Shown in pieces: positions 1 through 9,642 of a DNA stretch of 64,000 bases. A program made the translations under genes and the position numbers. Origin of the DNA: a virus; IMG/VR virus record IMGVR_UViG_3300035698_007281, positions 29,512 through 93,511 of that record; one strand, given 5' to 3'. The notes beneath the pieces are model-generated. The model was not told where the DNA came from. It worked only from the letters and a program-made list of their open reading frames with translations, and searched no databases. Position 1 is the stretch's first letter; the number at the start of each line of letters is the position of its first letter.

Positions 1-872
1 GGGGTTTCATGTGTTGAATAATACGTCTCCAAGTTTTGTGTGAAGTCGATTCCCGATTCCCCTCGGGCCTTGAGGAGATCCGCCAGGGCCTCGAAGTCGA
101 AGTCTGTCTCGCGTTTCTCCACTCCCTTGGCGGTCAGGTCAAACACCTCCTCGGACGGTGGGAACCCCAGAGAAACGTCTTCGGGTTCATTGGCCTCAGT
201 GTCGAAGATGACGACCTTCGGGTCGTGGGCCAGTTCCCGGTCGGCGGTGGTTTTGCGGATCAGGGTTCCGGGGTTGATCACCCATTGGGATCCGACCTTC
301 GCGGTGAATGGATAGTGATAGTCCCCCAGGCAGTACAGGTCAAACTGGGGATGTTTCTTGACGAACTCCCTGGGGCCGGTCAGGCCTTGCCCTGGGTACA
401 GTTCCCGGTTGCCCACCATGACGTGGGCCACGAGGACCAGGAGGCGATCCTTCGGAGGGCGGCGGACCTTCGGGATCTCTTGGCCGAAGTCGGCTCCGTA
501 GAGAACACAGTCCCCAAACCCCTCTCCCTTGTGGTTGATGATTTTGACGGCCCCGGCGGCCTCCATGATTCGGAGGGCGGATTTACGACGGGAGGCTTCG
601 GTATGGTAGGCGAGGTCGTGTTGGCCATGGATGGCGTACACGGGAGGGTGAACCTTTCGGAGTTCCCTGATCATCTCCACCACGAGTTCCCCGGAAGGGT
701 TCGGAGAGTCAAACCAATCACCCACCTGGATCAGGGCGTCACAGTTGGCCCGGTCGGCGGCGGCCAGGGCGGCCCGGAGTTTCGCCATCGAAACTTCCAG
801 GAAGTCCTCCTCGACCCGGTGGCGGGGAGGGCGGACTCTAAAGTGAGTATCTCCGAGGATACACAGTTTCAT
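1..872 (-). CDS. SbcD/Mre11-like metallophosphoesterase nuclease (runs off the window's left end)
   Basis: ATG at 872 reads MKLCILGDTHFRVRPP; metallophosphoesterase motifs GDxH, GDFFD, GQHD and GDYH; open to position 1; adjacent to SbcC-like ATPase. Confidence 0.85.
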   Translation of the reverse strand, partial: MKLCILGDTHFRVRPPRHRVEEDFLEVSMAKLRAALAAADRANCDALIQVGDWFDSPNPSGELVVEMIRELRKVHPPVYAIHGQHDLAYHTEASRRKSALRIMEAAGAVKIINHKGEGFGDCVLYGADFGQEIPKVRRPPKDRLLVLVAHVMVGNRELYPGQGLTGPREFVKKHPQFDLYCLGDYHYPFTAKVGSQWVINPGTLIRKTTADRELAHDPKVVIFDTEANEPEDVSLGFPPSEEVFDLTAKGVEKRETDFDFEALADLLKARGESGIDFTQNLETYYSTHET

Positions 873-987
873 CTGTTAGGTTCCTTGTAATAGTAGGTCC
901 GGGCGCTCGTGCCTCATCTAAGGCCGATCACGGACAGCGAGGCGGAAAGAAGACCAAAACACCTCCCGGCACGCCCGGACCAAACCT

Positions 988-2046
988 TCATTCGTCAGTC
1001 AGGAGGTGGCCACACACGGGACAGACTCGGATCTCCGCTCGTAATTCAGTATAGCGTTCTGTCGCTCGATGGAGTTTGTTTTCCATCTCGGCCAACGTCT
1101 TTTCGATCTCGTCGAGATCCAACACGGTATCCCTCAGGTCAGACAGTTCCCGGAGGATGTGGTCGCACTTGGCGGCGTTGGTTCGGATGTGGCCTTCCAT
1201 GGCGGTGAGGTCTGGCATCTCTGGGATGTCATCCAGGTCGGCTTGGTTCCCGGCTAGGCCGGTTAGGACGAACCTCAGAGTCCCTGTAAGGCGTCTTGTT
1301 GCTTCAACGTCTCTCTGGGCCTCTTCGGCCTTGGAGATCATCTCGGCGGCGTTTGGAGGTATTCCCAGGCCCTTCAGATCCTGATTGGCCCGGTCGATGT
1401 TGTCGAGAAGAGTCCCCAGGGCCAGGAACTCCTGGCGGGCGCTCTTGTGGGCCGTTTTGAGGGTCTCAGCGGTCTTGACGGCCTGTCGGTAGGCTTCGAC
1501 GCCTTCGAGGGCCTGGAGGGCCTCCTGGGCCTCCAGAGACTCCCCCTGGGTGGCTTTCAGGTCGGTCCGCGTGGTCCGGAGGTTGGAGGCGAGGCGATTG
1601 GCGACAGCGCGGGCCTTTTCCAGATGGAGCGCATCGTTGATCGTGTTGGCGATCTGAGAGGGTGGGGCCAGGACCAGGAAGTGGGGGTCCAGTTGATGCG
1701 CGAGGTTCAGATCTCCCAGGGGTAGGGCGGCCTGTACCGGTGTCGGCACGTCGGCCCCCATGGCCTCCAAGATCTCGGTGTTCAAGGTGTACCGGTTCTT
1801 GGTCTTCGTCCTGGATCTCTCGATCACGTCCCCGTCGGTGGTTTCGACCGTGACAGTGGCTTCCTTCTCTCCGGTCCGGATCATTCCGGTCCCACGCGGT
1901 CGGTTCTCGGTGATCCACCGAAGGCCCCGGAGGATAGCGGTCTTCCCGACATTCGATGAACCGACCAGGACGGTGACCCCAGGGCCGAGATCCACCTCGG
2001 AGGAGTCGTGGGACTGGAAGTTGTCGAGGGTGATGGATTTGATCAT
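988..2046 (-). CDS. SbcC/Rad50-like ATPase, N-terminal half ending at the zinc hook
   Basis: IKSITLDNFQSH start, Walker A GSSNVGKT, coiled coil, terminal CPVC. Confidence 0.85.
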   Translation of the reverse strand: MIKSITLDNFQSHDSSEVDLGPGVTVLVGSSNVGKTAILRGLRWITENRPRGTGMIRTGEKEATVTVETTDGDVIERSRTKTKNRYTLNTEILEAMGADVPTPVQAALPLGDLNLAHQLDPHFLVLAPPSQIANTINDALHLEKARAVANRLASNLRTTRTDLKATQGESLEAQEALQALEGVEAYRQAVKTAETLKTAHKSARQEFLALGTLLDNIDRANQDLKGLGIPPNAAEMISKAEEAQRDVEATRRLTGTLRFVLTGLAGNQADLDDIPEMPDLTAMEGHIRTNAAKCDHILRELSDLRDTVLDLDEIEKTLAEMENKLHRATERYTELRAEIRVCPVCGHLLTDE

Positions 2047-2552
2047 CCTCGTGTCCTCCGAGAGTACTCGGCCAGGAGGAGGGCCTCGGCAATGTTGTCA
2101 TCCTTGACCCGACACCGGGGTGTCCGTAGGAGGGAGATGTCCGGGAAGAGTTTCCCGGCGGCGAGGATTGACCGGGCCTTCTGATCGGTTCCGGGGATGT
2201 CGCGGAGGATCACCTTCTTCCACGTCCGGGGGTGGACGATGGCGTGGGAGATCTTGAGGGAGGCTAGGATGGCGACCCAGATCCCGTACCCATACCCGAT
2301 CTGAAAACAGGACGACCGTCCCTGGCCGGGCATGGCCTGTTGTTTCTCGACCACGGCCATGACCTCACAGGGTGCGTCGGCCATTCTCTGGATCATCTCC
2401 ACCATGGCGGGGATGTCGTACTCGGGGCGGTTCTTGTCGGTGACCAGGGTGGGAGTCAGTTCCCAACTATAGAGGGATCCTCCCCGGCGTTGGTTGTCCC
2501 AGATTCGAGCGACTGCGCCCTTCTTGCCGGGGTCGATTCCGATGTGGATCAT
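2043..2552 (-). CDS. RuvC-like Holliday junction resolvase
   Basis: IGIDPGKKGA, VVEKQ, VHPRTWKK, DNIAEALLLA motifs. Confidence 0.85.
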   Translation of the reverse strand: MIHIGIDPGKKGAVARIWDNQRRGGSLYSWELTPTLVTDKNRPEYDIPAMVEMIQRMADAPCEVMAVVEKQQAMPGQGRSSCFQIGYGYGIWVAILASLKISHAIVHPRTWKKVILRDIPGTDQKARSILAAGKLFPDISLLRTPRCRVKDDNIAEALLLAEYSRRTRG

Positions 2553-2761
2553 GGATTAGTTCCTTTGTAGATTCCGAGGTTGAGGCGGTAGTCGATCCAA
2601 TACTCATGATAGGTGAACGGGCTGGGTATCGGCCAGGGTTGCCCGAACTTGTCCTTCTCCCAGGTGGACGGTTTCTTTGTTGGGACACAAAAAACTGACG
2701 CCCCCTCGTTGACGTTGTACCATCTACCATCCGCCGGGCCGCCTCTCAATAAGATCCTCAT
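2549..2761 (-). CDS. hypothetical protein
   Basis: MRILLRGGPADG start; ATGA overlaps with neighbours. Confidence 0.55.
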   Translation of the reverse strand: MRILLRGGPADGRWYNVNEGASVFCVPTKKPSTWEKDKFGQPWPIPSPFTYHEYWIDYRLNLGIYKGTNP

Positions 2762-2850
2762 GGGAAGGCGAACCACCCAACCACAAATGATCCGATCATC
2801 AGTAGGAGTCCGATCACTAGAAGGGTGACGGTTGCGGTCTTCTGTTTCAT
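2758..2850 (-). CDS. 30-aa single-TM membrane peptide
   Basis: MKQKTATVTLLVIGLLLMIGSFVVGWFAFP; ATGA coupling at both ends. Confidence 0.45.
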   Translation of the reverse strand: MKQKTATVTLLVIGLLLMIGSFVVGWFAFP

Positions 2851-4061
2851 CGTTGCCTCGGCTTTCGTTCCGGGGGTTCGTGGACCACGTTCCAGATCCG
2901 GACCACCTCCTGACGGACTTCCTCTTCGAGGCTGTTCTTCTCAATCCCGGCGATGGCGGCTCCCATTCCCTGGCCCAGGGCGAGATCTCCCCAGGAGAAC
3001 CACGATCCGGCTTTGACGAACTTGGAGTCGTCAACGGCGTCATCGTTTTCCTTCAACCATTCGAGGTTGGACCGGACATCGTCCACACCGTAGTCGAACA
3101 CAACGAAGAAAAATCCCTCGCGGTGAGGGGGCGCAATCTTGTTTTTGACCACAGAGAACTTGACCTTGATCCCGATCAACTTCTCGTGTTTGTTCTTGAT
3201 GTCTCCGGTCTTGTCACGGGCCAGGAAGATCCGGGTGGAGGCGTACTGTTGCATAGCCTTCCCGCCGGAAGTCGTCCATTTTGGCCCGAAGATCACACCG
3301 ACGTTGTCGCGGATGTGGTCCACGGCGACCACGGTCAGGTCGTGGGTGGCGATGGGCTTCAGCCATTTCCGGAACCCGGCCGACATCCGCTTGGCGCGGA
3401 CCGTGTTGTAGGAGGCCCCCTCCAGGGCTTCGTCGGTCTCGTCACAGGACGGGAGCGCCGTAAATGTATCGACCGACATGACCACAGGCTGGGGCATCCT
3501 GGGGAGGCCCTTCTTCTTGCCCCACACACCGTCAATCAGATCCACGGCCCCGGAGATCTCGTCGTCGAATACTTCCTCGATAGAGGCGGGGTTCCGGTAG
3601 AGGTATCCCTCGGCGTATCTCTGGGCGTCCTTCATTGTCTTGTCGGGGCCGTCGAGTTGGACATCCTCCTTCACCCAGTCTCCCACGTCCAGGCCGAATA
3701 GTTCGGCGCGGTCGAAGTCCGGGGTGAATTCGGCGTCCTCCTCGATGGCGGTTCCACCGGCTCGTTGGGCGGATCCCATTATCTCCTTTGAGATCACGCT
3801 CTTGGCGGTGGAGTTGTTCCCGATGATCTGGGTGACCCGGCCGGACCCAACGCCTCCAGGGTAGCGGCCGGAGATGGCGAGGTCCAGGATGGTCGATCCC
3901 GTCGAAAGGAAGAACCGGACCGGCGGAAGGTTCTCACGGACCAGATCTTCCGAAACCGAATCCACCTCACTCGGCGGTTGGGGGGGCCGTCTCTGTTTGG
4001 GTTTCTCGGCGTCGGCGGCGGCGTTTGCTTTCGTTAGGTCGCTCATTGTGTTGGTCTCCAT
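2847..4061 (-). CDS. recA: RecA/UvsX-like recombinase
   Basis: STGSTILDLAISG, variant Walker A GNNSTAKS, TTSGGKAMQQYASTRI, VVKNKIAPP. Confidence 0.9.
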   Translation of the reverse strand: METNTMSDLTKANAAADAEKPKQRRPPQPPSEVDSVSEDLVRENLPPVRFFLSTGSTILDLAISGRYPGGVGSGRVTQIIGNNSTAKSVISKEIMGSAQRAGGTAIEEDAEFTPDFDRAELFGLDVGDWVKEDVQLDGPDKTMKDAQRYAEGYLYRNPASIEEVFDDEISGAVDLIDGVWGKKKGLPRMPQPVVMSVDTFTALPSCDETDEALEGASYNTVRAKRMSAGFRKWLKPIATHDLTVVAVDHIRDNVGVIFGPKWTTSGGKAMQQYASTRIFLARDKTGDIKNKHEKLIGIKVKFSVVKNKIAPPHREGFFFVVFDYGVDDVRSNLEWLKENDDAVDDSKFVKAGSWFSWGDLALGQGMGAAIAGIEKNSLEEEVRQEVVRIWNVVHEPPERKPRQR

Positions 4062-4524
4062 CTTTCCTGTCCACGGTATCCTCGGCCCCAGTCATTTCCT
4101 TCTGGACCACTTCACCGAAGTAATTTCGCGTGTAGAGTTCGACTTCGAGTTTGAGCATACTCCGGCGATGCTCGTAAGAGTTGGCGACCACGGCGGCCCG
4201 GTCAGCGTCCCGGTCGGCGTCGATGGACTTCTCGGCCGCCGTGCTGACCCGTTCGTCACAGGTTACCGCCGCGCCGACGGCCGCCTCGGTCGTCTTCTCC
4301 AGACCGAATTTCTCGGGGTTCCGCCTGACCTCGGTGGCCGTGGCGGCCCGGATCTCCTCCAAACGGATCTTGGCCCGTTTGGATCCGGCCTTGAGTTCGG
4401 CCGTGAGTTCCCCGGCTCTGGCGGCTAGGTCCGGTTGCCACTTGGCGTCCTCATGGAGACCAGTGGGATGGATCATCAACTTCTTCCGGAGGTCGGCGTA
4501 TTCTTCTTGGGATTCCGTGTTCAT
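3967..4524 (-). CDS. helical protein, possible UvsY-like recombination mediator
   Basis: Helical ORF between SSB and RecA; function inferred from position only. Confidence 0.4.
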   Translation of the reverse strand: MNTESQEEYADLRKKLMIHPTGLHEDAKWQPDLAARAGELTAELKAGSKRAKIRLEEIRAATATEVRRNPEKFGLEKTTEAAVGAAVTCDERVSTAAEKSIDADRDADRAAVVANSYEHRRSMLKLEVELYTRNYFGEVVQKEMTGAEDTVDRKDGDQHNERPNESKRRRRRRETQTETAPPTAE

Positions 4525-4808
4525 GGCATCATCGGCTTTTCGGCCGGTCCTTTTTTGCCCTCGGCGACGGAACCTTGGTCGAAGTCCGGGGTGGGCATCA
4601 CGGGTTCTGCGTTGGTGATGCCAACCCGGCCGATGTCAAACCAACGACCATCCTCACACTTGCCGTTCTCACCCACCTGGGGTTGTAGTACAACCTGGAT
4701 GCAACCAAAGAGATCGAAGCTGATGGATGTCACCACACCAACGACTCCAGTCACTTTGTCCCGGCCCAACATGCCGAGAACCTTCAGGTGTTTTTTCATT
4801 GCTTTCAT
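4521..4808 (-). CDS. hypothetical phage protein
   Basis: RDKVTGVVGVVTS...GCIQVVLQP...WFD; RBS upstream. Confidence 0.6.
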   Translation of the reverse strand: MKAMKKHLKVLGMLGRDKVTGVVGVVTSISFDLFGCIQVVLQPQVGENGKCEDGRWFDIGRVGITNAEPVMPTPDFDQGSVAEGKKGPAEKPMMP

Positions 4809-4860
4809 GGGGTGTTCCTTTCCGAACGATGTTTGTACTTGGTGAACGGTTCAACGGAGG

Positions 4861-6249
4861 TTAGTACGGCATCTCCTCATCGTCGTCCTTGCCCTTGCCC
4901 CGGCCGTTGTCGTCCTTGGCCCGGCGTCCCGCCCGACGGCGGCGAATCTCGGCGACCTCGTCGTCCTCGTCGTCTTTGGTATCGTCCCGGCTCCGGCGGC
5001 GGGGTTCGTCGTCCTTCTTGGGATCGTCGTCCGAATCCCGGCGGCTCCGGCGTCTCGGCTCCTCGGCGGGAGGATCATCGTCGGGATCCCGACGGCTCCG
5101 GCGGCGGGGTTCTTCCTTGGGGTCATCGCCATCATCCCGGTCCCGTTTGGGATTGGTGTTATCAAAGTGGTCGCCCACCTCGTCCTTGACACCCTCCCGG
5201 CGGCGGGGTTCCTCGGCCGGAGGATCATCGTCGTCCCGGCTTCGGGACCGGCTCCGGCGGCGTGTGTCGTCGCCCTCGTCGGCCTCGTCCCGGCCCCGGC
5301 GGCTGGACCGGCTACGGCGGCGGGGTTCTTCCTCGTCGTCTCGGTTCCGGCGGCGTGTGTCGTCGCCCTCGTCGTCATCGTCGGCCTCGGTCATCGTACC
5401 CATCGCGGCCCTGATGGTGTCGTAGTCCTCGAACTGGAGGACATCGTAGTAATGAGGGACGGCGTCCATCCACTCATCCGGGACCGGGTCTCTGTCGGTC
5501 AGCCCGTAGCCGGAGTACTCGATCTCGTGCCACTCCTTCCCCTCCCGCTCGAACTCGAAGATATACCCATCATCGGGGTCCAGAGGATCTTTGCCCTTGC
5601 GGTCACCCGAAGGTTTGATGAACTTCACCAGACCCTTGTCGTGGATCGTGGGGGCCATCAGGAAGACTTTGACGCCCTCGTCCTCGGTGTCCCTGTCGGT
5701 GGCGTCAACGACCCAGGTCAGGAACTTGACGGGTCCCGGTTCGTTCCATTTGCCGGAGGAAGCGCGGTACTTGCGCAACTCCTGCCACATCTGGTTCCGG
5801 ACCTTCTCCCCCACCTTGTCCTTCTTCTTCTTGTAGACCGACAGGAGTTTCTCGTGGTGTTCGCACATCGGACACCGGCCGTCCTCGATCTTCGGCGGAA
5901 TGGGGAGTTGCTGCTTGGCCAGATACGCCCGCATCTCCTTCGGGCATAGGAAGGCGTCTCCGTTGCCTCCCACATCACGGTGGCCGTAGAGGCCCAGGCC
6001 GACGAGGTTGGGATCATCGGGATGCGGTTCCAGGACGTGGATGGAATGGAGTTTGGCGGCCCCGTCCTTCCCGGATGCGGTTTGGTACATTGTGATCCCG
6101 GCCTTGGTCAACTCGGCTTCCGATTTCAGGAAACCGGCGCGGTCGTCGAACGTCCCTTTGTCGTCTCGGTTCCGTGTGACATTCTCGGCGCGTTCTCCTG
6201 CGCCTCGGCCTCGGCTTCGTCTGCTGTTTCGGTCTAGTGCCATCTTCAT
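4861..6249 (-). CDS. gp32-like single-stranded DNA-binding protein with long D/E/R-rich repetitive tail
   Basis: H...CP...CPMC zinc motif, DPLDPDDGYIFEFEREG, acidic C-terminus DDDEEMPY; position in the recombination operon. Confidence 0.7.
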   Translation of the reverse strand: MKMALDRNSRRSRGRGAGERAENVTRNRDDKGTFDDRAGFLKSEAELTKAGITMYQTASGKDGAAKLHSIHVLEPHPDDPNLVGLGLYGHRDVGGNGDAFLCPKEMRAYLAKQQLPIPPKIEDGRCPMCEHHEKLLSVYKKKKDKVGEKVRNQMWQELRKYRASSGKWNEPGPVKFLTWVVDATDRDTEDEGVKVFLMAPTIHDKGLVKFIKPSGDRKGKDPLDPDDGYIFEFEREGKEWHEIEYSGYGLTDRDPVPDEWMDAVPHYYDVLQFEDYDTIRAAMGTMTEADDDDEGDDTRRRNRDDEEEPRRRSRSSRRGRDEADEGDDTRRRSRSRSRDDDDPPAEEPRRREGVKDEVGDHFDNTNPKRDRDDGDDPKEEPRRRSRRDPDDDPPAEEPRRRSRRDSDDDPKKDDEPRRRSRDDTKDDEDDEVAEIRRRRAGRRAKDDNGRGKGKDDDEEMPY

Positions 6250-6277
6250 CTGCTCCTTGGTTTGGGTTCCGTGTTGG

Positions 6278-7210
6278 TTAGCGGTTGTACGCGGTGAACA
6301 TCATCGCCAGGAGTTTCGGTTCCCCGGCGTCATACGTGTTTTCCGACAGATCCAAGATCATGTCGGCGAACTTCCCGCCCTCGGCGTCCGACTTGGATCT
6401 CTTCAGGCATCCGGCGAAGTATCCCATGAGGCATCTCCGGACCCGTTCCGGATCGTGGTCTTCTAACGCATTATAGATCTTCACAAGACCATTCCACGAT
6501 TTTGTTCGTTCAACCATCTTCCGGCACAACTCAATCATCTCCGAAGCGCCGTTGAGATGCCTTTTGACGATGTTGAGGGCGTCCAATGGTTCCATCCCGA
6601 TGGTCTGTTCCAGGAGGACCAACGCTTGGCGTGGGCATCCCTCACAGGCCCGGACGATAGCGGCGATCACATCATCCCCAGGGTCAGGGATCCTATCGGA
6701 GTCCTGGACCAGTACATCGTCGATCAGGTCGAAGAGATCGTCCTTCTTCAGGGGTGCGACTTCAACTAATTCGGCCCGGCCTCGGATGGTGGGTTTGAGT
6801 TTCTTGGGTTCGGTCGAACACAGGAAATAGTAACAGTGGGGCGGGATGTCCTCCAGGGTCTTCAGGAGACAGTTCTGCGCCTCGCTTGTCAACATGTGCG
6901 CCTCGTCCAAGAGGACCACCCGGTTCCCTCCTCCGAGGGGAGTGTGTCGGGCGAACTTGTCCAACTCTCTGGCGGTGGCCACTCCACGTTCATTGGCGGC
7001 GTTGATCTCGATGATGTTGGACGGGTCGTTGGTTAGAGACAGTCCCATGATACGGGCGAGGGTGGTCTTCCCACATCCGGAGGCCCCGTAGAAGAGGTAG
7101 ACGTGGGCGCGGTTGTCTGGGTTGTCCAGGGCGCGTTGGAGTTGGGCCTTGGCGGCCTTGTTCCCGAAGACCTTGTTGAGAGTGGTGGGCCTCACATCCT
7201 GATAGAGCAT
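6278..7210 (-). CDS. DNA polymerase III gamma/tau-like clamp loader ATPase
   Basis: LYQDVRP, GASGCGKTT, EINAANERG, LLDEAHMLTSEAQNCLLKTLE. Confidence 0.9.
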   Translation of the reverse strand: MLYQDVRPTTLNKVFGNKAAKAQLQRALDNPDNRAHVYLFYGASGCGKTTLARIMGLSLTNDPSNIIEINAANERGVATARELDKFARHTPLGGGNRVVLLDEAHMLTSEAQNCLLKTLEDIPPHCYYFLCSTEPKKLKPTIRGRAELVEVAPLKKDDLFDLIDDVLVQDSDRIPDPGDDVIAAIVRACEGCPRQALVLLEQTIGMEPLDALNIVKRHLNGASEMIELCRKMVERTKSWNGLVKIYNALEDHDPERVRRCLMGYFAGCLKRSKSDAEGGKFADMILDLSENTYDAGEPKLLAMMFTAYNR

Positions 7211-7226
7211 AGAGTATTTTTCCTTT

Positions 7227-7775
7227 TTAGAAGTCGTCGTCGTAGTCAGGCTGGACGACTTCGCCTTCCAGTATATCCCCACCGCTGGGGGTAGCCACTG
7301 TTTTTCCTGGAAGGCCTGGGAGACCCCCGGATCCATCTGGCGCGGGCATCACAGGGAAGACCACCTGGACCTGACCACTACCTCCCCCGGAGTCCTGTTG
7401 GGCCTGGGCCAATTGCGCCTCGATTTCCTTCAACCGGATCTCCTTCTCGTCGGGGGACATCTCGTCGGGGATCAGTTTTTTGAAGACCGGGTTGAAGATG
7501 TAGCGGAGGTACATGTCGAGGCGCTCGTTGTTTGGTTCCCTCAGGAGGGCGGCCAGACCGGCGGCGAAGTCGGCCCCACCTTCATCGGCCTGGAGGGCGA
7601 TGGCCCTGACGATCTCGGCGGCGTAGGCCTTCCGAGAACCCTCTCGGGCATTGGTGGGAGGCCCCTTCTCGGACCCCGGCCGATGGTCCGGGAACTCCCT
7701 GTAATGCACACCCAGGGTGGCCGGACCATTGGCCAAGAATCCACACTCCAGACAGTTGAAGTTTCGCTTCTTCAT
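7227..7775 (-). CDS. hypothetical protein with N-terminal C2H2-like zinc finger
   Basis: CLECG...LGVHYREFPDH. Confidence 0.55.
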   Translation of the reverse strand: MKKRNFNCLECGFLANGPATLGVHYREFPDHRPGSEKGPPTNAREGSRKAYAAEIVRAIALQADEGGADFAAGLAALLREPNNERLDMYLRYIFNPVFKKLIPDEMSPDEKEIRLKEIEAQLAQAQQDSGGGSGQVQVVFPVMPAPDGSGGLPGLPGKTVATPSGGDILEGEVVQPDYDDDF

Positions 7776-8752
7776 CGGGCCTTCACCATTTCCTTGGCGG
7801 CCCGGAAGGCGGTGGCCCGGAGTTTCGCACCGGACCCGAACCACGAATACGACAGGCGCTTGCCCGGATCCCGCCCGGCGAATTTGACGTGATCGACGTA
7901 TTCGGTGGCGGCATTGTAGGCGGCCCAGAGAGTTCCTCGGGTTCCGTCCAGGGCGTTCCCCTTGCCGGTCTCGAAGAGTTCACCCATCTTGGCGCGGACG
8001 TTGGCCTTCGACTTGTAGGTGGCCTGTTTCTCCGGATCGTCTGGGATGATCTTCTCGAAGTACTCGGCGGCCGTGGAGGTGGTCAGGCCGAAGTCCCGCA
8101 TCATCGAGTAACAACCTCCGGTAGTCTGGAAGGCCTTGGTGGCAATCCCCAGGATCTCGGCGGCGTTGGAGAACTGCCACGCGGTGTTCCCGGTGTGCCA
8201 GACACAGGCCTTGACACCGGCCGTCTGTACGGCGATGTTCAGGGTGTTCTGGCAGACGATCCGGATCGGGGTGAAGAAGATCCGGGCGGCCTCGGTCCCG
8301 TCGTGACAGTTGGAGATGGCGAGGTACTGCGCCACGCGGTCCTGGGACGTCACCTCGATCTCCCCAGGGAGTTTGGCCAGAATCCACACCCGGCGGCCGT
8401 TGTGAAGGACACCGCCGGCGTGGTAGATGGCCTTCGACTCCCCGACGATCTTGTCCATCACGTCGAAGAGTTCGGAGGTCTGGATCGGGACGTACTTTCC
8501 CTTGACCAACCCCAAGACGTTCTCACCGGTCGGCTTGTCGGTTCGCACCACGGCCCACCAGTTGGGGACCGGGATGGCGGCGTCACCCAGGCGGACCTGT
8601 TGTTTCTCGACCTCGAAACCCAGACCGGCGTTCTCGGCCAGGAACTCTCGGGTCATGGCCCCGTCGTGGGCTTGGCCCATTCCATGCCAAGGTGGGTTCC
8701 CTGAGTAAGCGATACTGGCGCGGCCGTTGATGACTTCGATCTCGTCTGACAT
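7772..8752 (-). CDS. DUF932 (LGT_TIGR03299) family phage/plasmid protein
   Basis: PPWHGMG, TPIRIVCQNTL, GTLWAAYNAATEYVDH. Confidence 0.85.
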   Translation of the reverse strand: MSDEIEVINGRASIAYSGNPPWHGMGQAHDGAMTREFLAENAGLGFEVEKQQVRLGDAAIPVPNWWAVVRTDKPTGENVLGLVKGKYVPIQTSELFDVMDKIVGESKAIYHAGGVLHNGRRVWILAKLPGEIEVTSQDRVAQYLAISNCHDGTEAARIFFTPIRIVCQNTLNIAVQTAGVKACVWHTGNTAWQFSNAAEILGIATKAFQTTGGCYSMMRDFGLTTSTAAEYFEKIIPDDPEKQATYKSKANVRAKMGELFETGKGNALDGTRGTLWAAYNAATEYVDHVKFAGRDPGKRLSYSWFGSGAKLRATAFRAAKEMVKAR

Positions 8753-8806
8753 TTTGTGTTCTCCTTGTGGGTTCGTGTTGCTTTAGTTTATCTTCCAGGG
8801 TAGGGA

Positions 8807-9253
8807 TCAGGTGAAGGTAATACCGATTTTTTTTGCGGCGGCCTCGTATCGCTTCCGAAGGCTGGCCCAGTTTTCGGCCAGGGGGCTTCGGTGGTAGTTG
8901 ACCCACAAGTCGGCGGCCTTCACGGCCATGGCGTCCGGGTCGCCCATCAGGCGGTCGATGTAATCCAGGTAGATCTCCCCCTCTCGGCGAGACAGGTGAT
9001 CCACCACCCGGCGGACATCGGGGCCGAGGGCGGCTTCCACATCGTCCAGGGTGGCCCCGGTGTCCTCGACCGTGTCGTGGACCAGGGCGGCCTGTTCCTG
9101 GAGTTCGTTGGGGTCTGCCAGGGCCATCAGAACTTTGAGGGGGTGGAGGATCTCTGGTAGTCCGGCTTTGTCCTTCCGGCCCCGGTGAGCCTCGGTGGCG
9201 AAGGCCAGGGCGGCGTCCAGGTGGGTCGGCCTCGGGAGGTCTTCGTATTTCAT
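8807..9253 (-). CDS. HD-domain protein, SpoT/Mesh1 hydrolase-like
   Basis: AHRGRKDKAGLPEILHP, AALVHDTVEDT, VKAAD. Confidence 0.8.
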   Translation of the reverse strand: MKYEDLPRPTHLDAALAFATEAHRGRKDKAGLPEILHPLKVLMALADPNELQEQAALVHDTVEDTGATLDDVEAALGPDVRRVVDHLSRREGEIYLDYIDRLMGDPDAMAVKAADLWVNYHRSPLAENWASLRKRYEAAAKKIGITFT

Positions 9254-9414
9254 GGTGAGTTCCTCAGGTCTCGGACCGCGCTCCAAATGAGGGCGACTCC
9301 GGCGATGATCATGGTCAGGAGGATGTGTTCGTTCTTCATCACCTCCTCGTGGGTGGAGGCGATAATCACGCCCCCACCCAGGAGAAGGAGAATCACTCTG
9401 GCGGTCCGGTTCAT
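9250..9414 (-). CDS. small two-TM membrane protein
   Basis: MNRTARVILLLLGGG...IIAGVALIWSAV; ATGA overlap with the HD gene. Confidence 0.5.
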   Translation of the reverse strand: MNRTARVILLLLGGGVIIASTHEEVMKNEHILLTMIIAGVALIWSAVRDLRNSP

Positions 9415-9415
9415 G

Positions 9416-9604
9416 TCACTTCGCCTTTCCGGCCTGGACGTTCAGGGCGGCGGCCAGGGCCTTGGCCTCGGCGGCGTCCAGGTAGTCCACGGCCACTTCG
9501 GTGTCGGGACTGTCGTCGCGGTAGTGGCGAGTGACGGACAGGCGGATTCCCAGGCCCAGTTCGTTCCGGGTTTCGATGGTGTGGTAGGCGAGGCGGATTT
9601 TCAT
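9416..9604 (-). CDS. small early hypothetical protein
   Basis: AGGAGA RBS; phage-like codon usage. Confidence 0.6.
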   Translation of the reverse strand: MKIRLAYHTIETRNELGLGIRLSVTRHYRDDSPDTEVAVDYLDAAEAKALAAALNVQAGKAK

Positions 9605-9642
9605 GGTGGTCTCCTTGCAGCGGGTTAGGGGTTGGGGGTTGG

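Noticed and set aside
36-890. Long ORFs opposite real genes (e.g. 36-890, 12518-13954, 43658-45526, 58329-59969)
   Set aside because: Shadow frames expected in GC-rich coding DNA; no motifs, RBS or promoters, unlike the two nested HNHs
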